DNA of 64,000 nucleotides from Callorhinchus milii (GCF_018977255.1 NW_024704743.1:60080001-60144000); one strand, 5' to 3'. Positions 25,988 through 38,679 are shown, counted from the first letter of the stretch. The notes: generated by a model from the sequence alone, not told the origin. A program made the numbers and translations.

Positions 25988-26600
25988 ATTTTTTGGGGGG
26001 TGGGGGGTCAGCCAGATGACTGACACATGCAGAAACCCATCCCCATGCTTAAGAGTATCCAAACCAAACTGAGAATTCCATGCTTCCTACCTCACATGGA
26101 AATTCCAGAAATAAATTGTTGGTATGGAATGCGCACTCTCTCCCTGGAGGGACACATCCTGCTTACATATGTTAGGTGCAGGTTGGCAGGAGCCAAGGCT
26201 TGGGGAATCCAGAGTGTGCGGTGGGATACTGCTGGAGTCTAACCAGCTAAAACTGCATTGCTTGCGATCGTTAGCACTATCTGGCAAGCTTTCCCGCTGC
26301 TTATCCAGTTAGGACCACCCTACCCATTAGGGATTTGGCTTGCTGGGTTAACAGGAACCGAGCGGGAAGATTCCCTGCCTCCAGTAACTGGTCTGCCGTT
26401 CCAAGTCCTGCTGATGAGCCGCACTGGCTGTGCTGTCATCATCAGTGGGCTAGTGAACTGCAGATCCACCTGGCTTAGGAACCGCACAAGCAAGACCGCC
26501 ACAGAGGGTTGTCTCAATTCCGATATGCCGTTGTCAAAAATGTCACCTTGGAACCAATTCAGCTCGAAGGAGATCCCATTTATCTCCCCTTCCCCCGCAC
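25988..26600 (-). repeat. Unclassified A-tailed repeat (family X), best-preserved copy
   Basis: Reference copy; 3' end CTGCATGTGTCAGTCATCTGGCTGACC followed by C run and A run. Confidence 0.85.
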
Positions 26601-27794
26601 ACCCCTCCAGGAGAATCCATGGCCTATTTTGTTCATCACACCTACTCCCTCCAAGGATCATGCAAAATGATGGATCGTCCATTATCTACTTTACATAGAA
26701 CTCTCTCTGAATCCCAAATGCAGTTAAGTAATGACTCCAGGTTATTCTCCATCCTCTTATCTCAACTATTCAAATACAGAAATCATTGCGTCGATTTACT
26801 CTTCAATCTGTATGCATTACTATAGCTGCAAATGGTTTTGTAAAGCAGATGCTTACCCACCTGTGACAAATTAAAAATAGTATTATCCACAATCGTCTTA
26901 ATAACTAAAAGAGTAGTTTACAAACTGGTTCTGGAACATACTCTAGAACAGACTGGAGTTATAGAGGTACGTTCTCTGAAGTTCTGCTCGCAGCAATGTC
27001 TGCATACGTGTATCTAACTATGGCACAATGTGCCCCATGAATTAAATGCATCGATCAAATTTAATTAATCTCTAATGCTCAAATAATGAATATGGATCAG
27101 GAATGCAATGTGGAATTGTGTTGTTGGAATTGGAAAGGTTGTTTGGGGAGGAATTTGGGCTTTATTGCTGAGGGGTGAAAAAATCTCATCTCAAACTATA
27201 TCCTGTGCCGCTACATCACCCGATGCTTTCAAATTTTCTGCTCATCAATGAAAGGTACAGAAGCAGAGGGAAGCAAAGTGCTGAGATTTAGAGAGTTCAA
27301 GAGAGTAGGGGCAAAGTTTCTGAAAGTTTGTCCTCTCTGGAAGGGGGAAGGGGGCGTGGGGGCCATGAACCAGGCTAGTTAAAAAATGGAGGGAATGGGT
27401 GGGGAGATTTAACATCCAAAAAGAAGAATGTCTTTGAGCTATTTAACAAATGGAAATTGTTTACATTTGCTTTTTACTGTGATAAAACTATTGCAAGAAC
27501 AAAATACATTACAAATCATCCTCTCAGACACACAGATCTACTTCTCAAAGGTTTAAATACTGATTAATGGAGGATTTCAACAACAGCAGAAAACAAGATT
27601 ACAACCATCACCTGCAGCTCTTCTAGCAAGACATTTGAAACAGCAGAAATACGAATTGCAATGGCAGGTCACACCAGAAAATAAATCATTGAGAAAATAG
27701 GCAGGAAATGTTTAAATGCTGCTGAAGCACACTGCACATTGAACAAATTATAATTGATTATTGCAGGAATATTGAGAAATGTTATAACTTGTAG

Positions 27795-29390
27795 AACAAC
27801 AAGATTACATTTGTATAGCGCCTTTCATGTCGGGAGGACGTCCCAAGGCGCTGGACAGTGTACAGCATTTCAGACCCGAGCTGGGGTCAGGGAGGGAGAA
27901 GGGAGGGTGACCGATGGCATAGTCGAAGAGGAGTGTTTTTGAGGCGGGACTTGAAGGAGGCTAAGGAGGGGGTGTGGCGGAGTGATTGGGGGATGGAGTT
28001 CCGGAGGTTGGGGGCAGAGTGGCTGAAGGCTCTCCCACCAATGGTGGGGCGGGTGGGTCGGGGGGCGTGGAGTAGGCCAGAGCCGGCTGAGCGGAGCAGA
28101 GCGGGCGGGTTGGTAGGGGGTTAGGAGATTGCAGAGGTAGGGTGGTGAGGCCATGGAGGGTTTTGTAGGACCAGGATCTTGAACTGGATCCTCTGATGGA
28201 TAGGGAGCTATTGGAGTCGGGCGAGAATGGGAGAGATGGGATCACGGAGTTTGATGTGAGAGATGACATGGGCTGCAGAGTTCTCGATTATCTGGAGGGA
28301 GGAGTTGGGAAGACCGACAAGCAGGGCGTTTGCATAGTCGAGCCTGAAGGTGATGTCACATGAACAAGTTTCAGCAGCCTGAGGGGTGAGGTAGTGGCGA
28401 AGTCAGGCGATGTTACAGAGGTGAGGGAAGACAGAGCAGGTCACGGCTTGGATGTGGGGAAGAAAGGACAGTTGAGGGTCGAACAAGACACCTAGGTTCC
28501 TAACTGGCTTGGTGAGTTGTAGTGTGCAACCATGCAAACCGTGAGCTAATCAGGAGGGCCTCAGTCTTGTTCACATTCATTTGTAGGAAATTTGCCCTCT
28601 TCCAGGACTTGATGTCCGACAGGCAGTCTGTCAGGACAGCAGTGGTCCTGGAGTTGAGGGTGGAGGCGGAAAGATAGAGTTGGGTGTCATCCACATACAT
28701 ATGGAAGTTGACCCCATGTCTGCGGATGATGTCACCAAGGGGGAGCATGTAGATATTAAAGAGAGGGCCAAGGACAGAGCCCTGGGGGACGCCAGACATG
28801 ACAGTGCGGGGGCTGGAGGATAAACCGTTAGATGGCAACAAAGTGAAGATGGTGAGAGAGATAGGATTGATCCAGGCAAGAGCAGGTCCGCGAAGATTGA
28901 GTAAAGCGGAGAAGCGTTGTATGAGGATGGAGTGGTCGACAGTGTCGAAGGCGCCAGAGAGGTCGAGGAGGACAAGGAGGCAGAGGAAGCCCTGATCACA
29001 GATGTTCAGAATGTCATTAGTGACTTTGACCAGAGCTGTTTCCGTGCTGTGGGCAGCGCGGAAGCCGGATTGGAGAGGTTCAAAGAGGGAATGGCGAGAA
29101 CGAAAGGAGCGGAGCTGGGACGCGACAACTCGTTCCAGGACCTTGGAGAGGAATGGGAGGTTAGGGATGGGGCCGTAGCTGGAGAGGTGGGATGGGTCCA
29201 GGGAAGGTTTTTTCAGGATTGGGGTGATGACGGTTGTGTTTGGGGGGGGGGGGGAGGGGGGCGGAAAACTGAACTGATGGGGAAGGAGAGGTTGATGACT
29301 TCGGACAGGAGAGGGGCCAGGAGGTGGAGCTGGGAGATAAGGAGAGAGGTGGGGATGGGCTCGAGGGAGTAGGTGGTGGGTTTGAGTTTG
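27795..29390 (-). mobile_element. L2-clade LINE, 5'-truncated
   Basis: ORF 28500..29393 has RT motifs (FRAAHSTETALVKV, LLDLSGAFDTVDH, GVPQGSVLGP, YVDDTQ); L2 tail at 27795-27855. Confidence 0.93.
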
Positions 29391-30108
29391 CATTTAATTT
29401 TCCAAACCACATCAGAATATTCAGCAATTGAACCGGATTAAATTAAATTCTGAAAACATGTATGAAACAGAACATACATTTTTGAAATCCGAAAATATAT
29501 TTGTTTGCTCATCAAAGGGAATAAAGAGAATATTGTACAAATAAATGGAGTAAGTGACTGTTGTTACAGTAATACTCCATTTACATTGCAAGTGGCAGAG
29601 GCATACAAGTTCTGACAAGTTATAAGATTTTAGACTGTCAGCAGTCATTCAGACAACAAGATCCATTTAAAATAACTTCTGCTGTAGTTCCTGGACTGTG
29701 AAAGCATATATTGCAGGCAGCTAATTTATGTTGATTCTGCATAAATCCCTAATTCTGATTGCAGTTCAGAAAAAATCTGTTTAACCATGTTAGCTCCATT
29801 GTTATAGACTAAGACTCAAAACATAGCCTTGCTGGCTCAATTTAAACTCCTTCCATAGATTTGATTGGGAATGGCCAAATGGGTAGTTTTCTCAATTAGA
29901 TGTGCAGCTTTATCTTAGATCAAATTTGCCATTGCTACACTTTCAAATATTGTTTTGTACCTCGTGGCAATCACTTCTACTCCATGAAATCATTCAAAAT
30001 AGGCCTTTAACATAGATTGAGACCATTTCCTTCTACATGGTACCAGAAGACATTTTGTAAATATTTTCCTTTTTTTCCACAAATCTTGACTTGTCAGCAA
30101 TTTGTTTG

Positions 30109-30478
30109 ATAATAATAATCCTTGCATTTCATATAGTATTTTTCACATCTTCTAGACGTCTCAAAGCGCTTCACAGAATATACTGTAAAGTGAATTGACT
30201 GTATATTTGTGGGCAAAATGCGGCAGCCAGCTGCGCACAGCAGTGTCCCACAAACAGTTGTGGATTGAGTGACCAAATTATTAGTTTTTAAAAAAAAACA
30301 TTATTTGAGGGATTATTATCCCCGGAAAATCGATTCGCCAATCGACTAACAACTGGGTTCGTACTTACCGCTATGTAAACAGAGGCGTGTGGAATAAAGA
30401 AACTTGCCAAACATTTCTCCCTGCCGGGAATCAAACCCAGGTCTCTCGCTTACTCTTACCTCTGAGCTACAGGACTCC
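30109..30478 (-). mobile_element. Near full-length tRNA-derived SINE
   Basis: Same family as 8541..8890. Confidence 0.9.
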
Positions 30479-31316
30479 AGAAATCTGATGCATTGATGCA
30501 CAGTTTATATTGGAAATGGGCAAACTTATTTTTGCATTCATGGTAGGAACTATTCAAGCATTCTAATATTAGATCAAATATTCAAGCTTTTTGATCCTCC
30601 TTTTTTAAGCCATTCAGAAAATGTTGATAAATGTGAGCAAAATATTTTTTGATGGAAGATGGTCCTTGTGACGAGGTAATAATTTGACATCTCACAAATT
30701 TCATTTAAGCATTATAATGTGAGTCATATAGGCCACAAGAAAAAACAGAACTGAGATATCAATAAGGGAGCACGAGGGAGTCAAAAGGGACAGTCACACG
30801 GTTTCAGCTAAAAATATCTTAAAGGGACAAGCAAATATCCAAGACATTTACCATTGGCATGCTATACTTAACCATGGTCAGCAGAGGAAGAAAAAAATGA
30901 TGTTTTGAACAGAAAAAAATCATATTTTGACAGCTCCCAAAGCATTCTTACACTCAAAGAATTAAACACATTGGAAGATTTGACTTGAGTAAGTTTGCAC
31001 ATTTAAATAATGTAATATTATAAGGAGCATTTCCAATTAATGTTTACATTAAAAAAACACAATTGCTGATATCCTAAGAATTCCTACTACCAAGAAATGT
31101 TCCCGCAGGAAAGAAATTAAGTAAACTATATTTATATCACCTGGACACAAAAGGGTCCATAATAGTATTTTACTAGTAGCCCATACAGAGAGATTCCCAA
31201 GCTCACAATGAAATGTTAGACATTGCTGCAACAAAGTACATGCTGGTGAGTAGTTTAATTAGCCGCTCAGCAAGCAGCACAGACAGACAAATCAGATTTG
31301 CTGCAAAATAACAAAC

Positions 31317-31382
31317 CTTAAAGGAACAATTGTTGTTATTGTTGCTGTTGTTTGTTGCTCCACGAAAATCATGCTCAGTGTT
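31317..31382 (-). CDS. PPP1R9A: Neurabin-1 Asn-rich cassette exon (66 nt, phase 0-0)
   Basis: ttttatag|AACACT...TTTAAG|gtttgt; encodes NTEHDFRGATNNSNNNNNCSFK, matching in position, length and Asn run a 22-aa alternative insert recalled from mammalian neurabin-1 isoforms. Confidence 0.8.
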
Positions 31383-31894
31383 CTATAAAATGGTTGACAA
31401 CAGATGATATAAAAATTGCAGCTAAACATGATATTCTTTCTTAAATTGACATAATAGATTGGTTAGTTGTCTACAGATATAGACACAAACTAAATTTGTG
31501 CGGTTGCCAAAACACAACTAACATCTTAATTGTATTTGTTTGGAAAAGTAGGCTCTTAAAACAGATTTCTGCAATCTGAGTGATAATTCATATATTGTAA
31601 GTGATTTTAATACTTTTAGTGTAATTTTTCCTTTGTCTTAAAATCAAAATTTTAAAATGCACAAGGACCTTTCTTCGATAGGCAGCTATTTTAGCAATTG
31701 AACTTTCCTCCAGACTATTCTTATTGTAGAAATGTCTTACCTTCGCACTCAGAACAGAAAGAAAACAGTGAAAAAGTAGATTGCTTACACAAAGTGTAGC
31801 AAACCTTATTCTCCAAATAAAAAAATAGCTTGCAAAAGTCATAGATTTTGCCCTGAATCAGAACTCCAAAGATTAATCATTATGTACCATTACT

Positions 31895-32400
31895 TAACAA
31901 TACAATTTACATTTATATAGTGCTTTTCGTCTTGGGAAGATGTCCCAAAAACATTCATAGTGCTGGATGAGCAGCTGAGCTGGGAGTGGGAGCTGAGGAC
32001 GTTGGGGAGGGGAAAGATGACCTACAACAACACAAGATTCCATTTATTGAGCGCCTTTCACGTCGGGAGGACGTCCCAAGGCGCTGTACAGTTGGGTCAG
32101 GACCCAAGCAGGGGGACATGGTCAGGGTGAGGGGAGGGAAGGGAGGGGTGGTTAAAGAAGTACACTTTAAGACAACACGCCTTGAAAGAGGGGAGGGGGT
32201 GATTCAAAAGGATTCAGGGATGTAATTCCAGAGAGCAGGGGCAGAATGGCTGAAAACCTGTCTGCCGATGGTGGGGCATACAGGGCATGGGAGTTGTAGC
32301 GGCTGAGCAAAGGGAGTGGCGTGGTCGGTAGGTTTGAAGTACGTTGCAGAAGTAGGGTGGGGCAAGACCATGATGCATCTTTAACCGCCATGGAAGGTCA
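31895..32400 (-). mobile_element. L2 3' fragments with two adjacent tails
   Basis: Tail motifs at ~31900-31960 and ~32024-32090 (GCGCCTTTCACGTCGGGAGGACGTCCCAAGG). Confidence 0.8.
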
Positions 32401-32477
32401 ATTTGAAACATAATCCTTCTGCACTGAATACAACTTTCACTTAATGCTTCATTCCTACTGAGTCCTCTTTCCAATCA

Positions 32478-33240
32478 ATTTTTTTTTTGGTCAGCCATGC
32501 ATTTGACACGTACAAAAACACTATTCAACTAAACGCAGTTCCATGTATCCCACCTATACACGGAAATTCCAGAGATATTTATTGGAATGGAATATGCAAT
32601 CTCTCCCTGGAGGGATGCATCTTGCTTACCTAATTCCGGAAAGCATAGGTGCAGGTTGGAAAGAGCCAAGGATTGGAGATCCCTGGCATGTGCGCTGGGG
32701 GAATGCTGGAGTCTAATCAGTAAAACCGCATAGCTTGCCATTACTATTGCTATGTGGCAAGGTTTCCTGCTCCTTGTCCAGCGAGGACTACCCTACCTCT
32801 TAGGGCTTTGGCTTGCAGGGATAACAGGGACTGAGTGGGAAGCATCTCAGCCCCCAGAGACTGAACTGTCCCTCCAGGTCCTACCAATGAGCCAGGCTGA
32901 CTGGGCTGTTATCAGCAGGCCTCTTGGCGTACTGTGACTGAGGAACTGGACAACTGAGACTGCCGCAGTTAGCTCGATTCTAACATTCTGTTGTCCAACC
33001 AAGTCACCTTGGAGCCAGTTCAGCTCCAAGGATACCTGCTTACCTGCCCACCAAGGAGGATAGTCACTAGTTAGTTATTTGATATCTGACATGTGTGGGT
33101 TTCAGCTAGGTGGATGGCATGGAGGATGGAAGAGTTGGCGGGAGGTATGGAACAGACTGAAGGCCTTAATGACCCAATCTGTTGGGAGGAGGTGGACTCC
33201 GCACTTATTAATGCAAGGCAGCAGGTGCGTACGGCATTAA
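32478..33240 (-). repeat. Unclassified A-tailed repeat (family X)
   Basis: Collinear with 25988..26600; ends GGCTGACC plus a run of ~10 A. Confidence 0.85.
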
Positions 33241-33579
33241 TCAAATTTATGTGTTGCAGACTACTTTATTCATTCTTTCAGAATGTAGATTAACAATAAT
33301 GTGTCTTGCCGGACAAGTAGTGGTGGCGACTTTGAGGAGAGGCAGAATCACTAAGCCTGAGGAAATATTTTTTCCCCTGATCCATAAGAAGACTATGGAA
33401 ATTCTAGAGGAAAAAGTGGACAAATCTCATCCTGGTGCAGTAACACAGTTGGTTCAACAATTAAAACAAATGATGCATCTATACATTGTACATGAAGCTT
33501 GTGTCTCATTCGATGATAGCATCTGCATCATGAATGTTCTTGTTTTTTCTTTAGCAACCACTTCTCTTTAACAACCACT

Positions 33580-34752
33580 TTGGTCCTACCTCTCCCACCG
33601 TCTTCATTTTGTTTCCACAAACGGCTTCCCCTCCAGCCCCCTCACTGTCTTGTGCGGTGTCCCTTAGGGGTCTGTCCTCGGTCCCCTCCTCTTCACCCTC
33701 TATATGCTCCCCCTTGGCGACATCATCCGCAGACATGGGGTTAACTTCCACATGTATGCGGATGACACCCAACTCTACCTTTCCTCCTCTACCCTCAACT
33801 CCACGACCACCGATGTCCTGACAGCTGCCTGTCCGACATCGAGTCCTGGACGAGAGACAACTTTCTTCAGCTCAACATACGCAAAACTGAGGCCCTCCTG
33901 ATTGGCTCACGTCAGCGCCTCCGCACCTCAGGCGCTGACACCATCAGCATCCAAGGCTGCACTCTCCACCTCTCAAAGCCAGTCAGGAACCTCGGGTTCT
34001 GTTCGACCCTGAGCTGTCCTTTCTTCCTCATATCCGCGCCACAACTGGCACCGCCTTCCATCACCTCCGGAATATCGCCAGACTACGGCACTACCTCACC
34101 CCTCACGCTGCTGAAACTCTGGTCCACACCTTTATCACCTCAAGGCTGGACTATGGGAACCCTCTCCTCGCCGGCCTTCCCGGCACCTCTCTCCACAAGC
34201 TGCAGGTCATTCAGAACTCTGCAGCTCGTGTACTGTCCCGTACCAAGCTTCGGGACCACATCACTCCCACCCTCGCTCCCCTCCACTGGCTCCCCATCCC
34301 CAAGAGGATCGAATTCAAGATCCTCATCCTCACCTACAAGGCCATTCACGGCCTCGCTCTCTCCTACCTCTCTGACCTACTATCCCCCTACTTACCTGCC
34401 CGTACCCTCCGTTCCTCTGGCTCCGGTCTGCTCCACATCCCCCGCCCCAACCGCCCTACCATCGGTGGCCGGACCTTTAGCCTCTCAGCCCCTAGGCTCT
34501 GGAACTCCATCCCCCAGTGCCTTCGCCGCCTCCTCCCTTTCCTCCTTCAAGGCCGGTCTCAAGACCTTTCTCTTTGACCGTGCCTTCAGCTCCCCTCTCG
34601 ATTCTCTACCCCCTCCTCGCTCCCTCCCTTCCCTCCCCTCACCCTGACCATTTCCCCCCTGCTCGGGTCCCGACCCAATTGTCCAGCGCCTTGGGACGTC
34701 CTCCCGACGTGAAAGGCGCTCTATAAATGAAATCTTCTTGTTGTTGTTGTTC
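33580..34752 (+). mobile_element. L2-clade LINE, 5'-truncated
   Basis: YADDTQLY motif (ORF 33704..33901) and intact L2 tail with (TTG)n. Confidence 0.92.
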
Positions 34753-35074
34753 TCAGTTATTATTGGGTCCCACCCAGCCCACACCACTCAGTACCAGTTC
34801 CTCCAGAATCAGAGAAGTTGTCCACATTCACCAATATTGCCACACCAAGCCAACAACAAGGAAACACGCCAGCAGAATGGAGGGCTCACCTCCAGCCCAT
34901 GTATGGTGAACAAAAAGCACTGCAGAGGTGAGGAGTTTGGTTAGTAAGAAGAGCAGGTCAACAAAAAAACATTTGGACACATTTGATTGATGGTGAACTT
35001 CATGCAGAATCAAGGGACAATGTGTACAATGTCTCACTTTAGAGTCGACAAACATGCGGTTGGAGAATTCTGTA

Positions 35075-36560
35075 GTGTCCTTACCCCTCTACTCATTGAC
35101 ATCGTAAACCGCTCCCCGTCCTCTGGTATTGTTTGCACCCCTTTAAAAACCGCTGTCATCATTCTTATCCTTAAAAAACCCTCCCTGGACCCTACTCCCT
35201 AACTACCGACCCATCTCCAACCTCCCCTTCCTCTCCAAGGTCCTGGAATGAATTGTTGCCTCTCAGCTTCGCTCCTTCCTCTCCCGCCACTCCCTTCTTG
35301 AACCCCTCCAATCAGATTCTGTGTCAACCACAGCACAGAAACAGCCCTGGTCAAAGTGACAAATGACATTCTTTCCATCTGCGACCAGGGCTTCTTCTGC
35401 CTCCTTGACCTCTCTGCTGCTTTCGACACCGTTGACCGCTCTATCCGCATCCACTGCCTCTCCTCTCACCTCAACCTCCACGGTGCTGTCCTTGACTGGT
35501 TCAGATCGTACCTCTCACACCGCCTGCACTTCATCTCCTCAAACGCCTTCTCCTCAGCCCCCGCACCGTCTCATGCGGCATTCCCCGGGGTGCTTTCCTT
35601 GGTCCTCTTCATCATCTATATGGTCCCTCTTGGTGGCATCATCCACAAACATGCGGTCAAGTTCCACACCCAACTCTACCTCTCTACCTCCACCCTTGAC
35701 TCCAGGACCATTGCTGTGCTGACAGAATGTGCGTCAGATATCAAGTCCTGGATGAGAGCTAACTTTCTTCAGTTGAACATCAACAAGACTGAGATCGGCT
35801 CCCGTCAGCACCTCCTCACCTCAGGCGTTGACAGCATCACCATCCATGGTTGCACACTCCACTTTACTAAGCCAGTTTGGAACCTTGGGGTCTTGTATGA
35901 CCCTCATCTATCCTTTCTACCCCACATCTGCGCCATGATCCTCTCTGCCTTCCCGCACCTCTGCAATGTCGCCCAGCTCCAACACTGTCTCACACCACAG
36001 GCCGCTGAAACCCTCATACATGCTTTCATTACATCGAGGCTCGACTATGCAAACTCATTGCGTGTCGGCTTCCCCATCCCAACTCCTCCCTCCACAGGCT
36101 GCAGATCATCCAGAACTCTGCAGCTCGTGTCTTCTCCCGTGCCAGACTCCGCAACCCTATCACCCCCATCCTTGCCCAACTTCACTGGCTTCCCATAACA
36201 CAGAGGATACAGTTCAAGATCCTGGTCTTCACCTTCAAAGCCCTCCAGGGTCTTGCTCCCCTCTACCTTTCCGACCTCCTAATCCCCTACTATTCTGTTT
36301 GCTCCCTCCGTCCGACGCTTCACATCGCCCGCCTTGCTCGCCCCACTATTGGCGGGCGGGCCTTCCGACGGGCGGGCCTTCCGATGGGCCTACCCATCTC
36401 AAGACCCTCCTCTTCGACCGTGCTTTCGATTTCCCTGCTTCCTGCCCTGAACCCTCCCACACCCCGACCCCCAGCTTGGGTCCGTAACTCTGTCAGTCCA
36501 GTGCCTTGGGACATCCTCCCGACGTGAAAGGCGCTATACAAATGTACTTTTGTTGTTGTC
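35075..36560 (+). mobile_element. L2-clade LINE, 5'-truncated
   Basis: ORF 35356..36198 has RT similarity; L2 tail. Confidence 0.92.
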
Positions 36561-36799
36561 TTAGTGCTGTAGTTAAAGCACAAGTCACAATATTGGCCAG
36601 AGTCTAACAGGCCCAGGATGTGGCCATGAAGGAGACGTGGCTTGTGCAGAGCCACTTGCCATAGCTAGAATGCAGCAAATTCCAAATTCTACCCCAAGCC
36701 AAACATCAAGATGCATATGGAAGTGTCCGACGTAGGACTATCGGTCTCCAATAACCCGCTCGAGTCAGGGTGAGTATCCTAGCTCTGTTATTTGGTATT

Positions 36800-37472
36800 A
36801 TTACCGCTCAGGCTGCCGAAACCCTCACCCATGCATTCGTTATATCAAGGCTCGATTACGGGAACTCCCTCCTCATCGGCCTTCCAATTCTTCCTTTCAC
36901 AAGCTGCAGATCATCCAGAACTCTGCAGCTCATGTACTCTCGCGCACCAGGCTCCGTGACCCCCATCAATCCCACCCTCGCCCAGCTCCACTGGCTCCTC
37001 ATGCCCCAGAAGATCGAGTTCAAGATCCTCGTCCTCACCTTTAAGGCCATCCATGGCCTTGCCCCCTCCTACTTCTCTGACCTGCTGACTCCCTACCAAC
37101 TTGCCCGCTCCCTCCATTCAGCGGGCTCCAGCCTGCTCCATGTCTCCCGCCCGACCCGCCGTACCATCGGTGGCCGGGCTTTCAAGACGTGAAAGGCGCT
37201 CTATAAATGTAATTTTGTTGTTGTTAGTGCCCCCACACTCTGGAACTCGATCCCTCGGTCCCTTCGCCGCACTTCTTCCCTTGCCTCCTTCAAGGCCGGT
37301 CTCAAGACCCTTCTCTTCGACCGTGCCTTTGGTCTCCCTCCCACCTCTCTGCCTTCCCTCACACCTACACCACCCCTCCCCCATGCTCGGGCCCCGATAC
37401 CTGACTGTTCAGAGCTTTGGTACGTCCTCCCGACGTGAATCGCGCTCTATAAATGTAATTTTGTTGTTGTAT
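36800..37472 (+). mobile_element. L2 3' fragment with an extra internal tail copy
   Basis: SRLDYGNSLL and LHWL..KIEFKIL motifs; tails at 37186-37226 and 37410-37472. Confidence 0.9.
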
Positions 37473-38679
37473 TTTGTTGATAGAGAATTGCACAGAATTT
37501 CGAGCCTGTAAGTAGGTCATTTGATTATCTGTGTCACCACCAATGCTAGCTGTCCCACGAGAGCCATTCATTCTAATCCGGTGCACTTTTTACACACTCT
37601 TTAATATAATGGTTTCTTCAAATTACACATTGAGATTGTGCATTAAGATCACAAGACAAGGCTCAGATAAAGAAGGTCTTTGGCTCATGTGATCTCATTC
37701 TTCTCTACTGTCTTCATTACAGAATCACGTGTTTCTTAAAAGAGTGTGTTATCCTAGTCTCTACCATTCATCCTTGTAACCTGTTCCAACAGTTACTAGC
37801 CTCTGTATATAGAAATTTCTCCTGGTGGCAGTCCTGAAGTTGTGCTCTACACCGATGAACCTGTATAGATCCAAGCAATCCTGCCCTGATGAGCAGAACA
37901 AAATTCTGTGGATCATAGACCATATGCATGTTGACTGAGCAAAATTCCTTAGGTTTGATGAAGAGTGGAGGAGAGTTAATGTTCACATGCATAAATTTCA
38001 GCACATCTTGCAATTTATGAAAATCTGGTATGGTTTAAAAGTGCTGCCAGTTTAACCAGTATGGATCATTTTTTAAAAAAATAAATGTGAAGAATGCCTA
38101 TAAAGTCTCAAAAAAATCTTCTGAATGCAACTAGACACACACAGCTTTGAGCAATGCTAGTATAATCCTCTTAGGAGCTTGAAAGGATCTTCTAGAAAGG
38201 AAATCCAAGATAGCTTTAAACTGAACTTGCCCCAGATAAAATGGAGAATATGAATAAAAACATAAATCACCAAAGATTTGCTACATTTTAGGGTAATTTT
38301 GAAAAAGGGATTTATAAAGGGATTTATGAATAACGTCAGCTTGGATAACTTACTCAGAAGAGCATCAACCATTTAATTTGAAGGTCCATAGTTCATATCC
38401 TAGTTTGGGCTTTCTGCTTCCAAAAGTAGTGGATATGTGTAACAAAGCCCAACAAAAGCATCTGGTGATATATTAATTGTCTTCTTCAGACACAAATTGG
38501 ATAAATACCTGTTTGAAGGCTATAAAATACAGAATGAAATGAATAAATACTGAATAGAACACAAGATTTTCTGTGCTGCTGGGACCATAGGGAAAGGGAA
38601 TATTGTCTATTGTCAAGGAAGGAAGCTTGAGTTTGAATATTTTGGAGTTTCTGTTTAAGTAAGGATTCAGAGAATATCT

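Noticed and set aside
26405..26450. Hammerhead ribozyme (CTGATGA core)
   Set aside because: No GAAA after stem II and no stem III/cleavage triplet; it is simply a hairpin
26258..26698. Similar-looking ORFs in family X copies as a protein family
   Set aside because: Similarity appears in both strands and frames with indels and stops between copies, reflecting DNA repeat similarity rather than coding constraint
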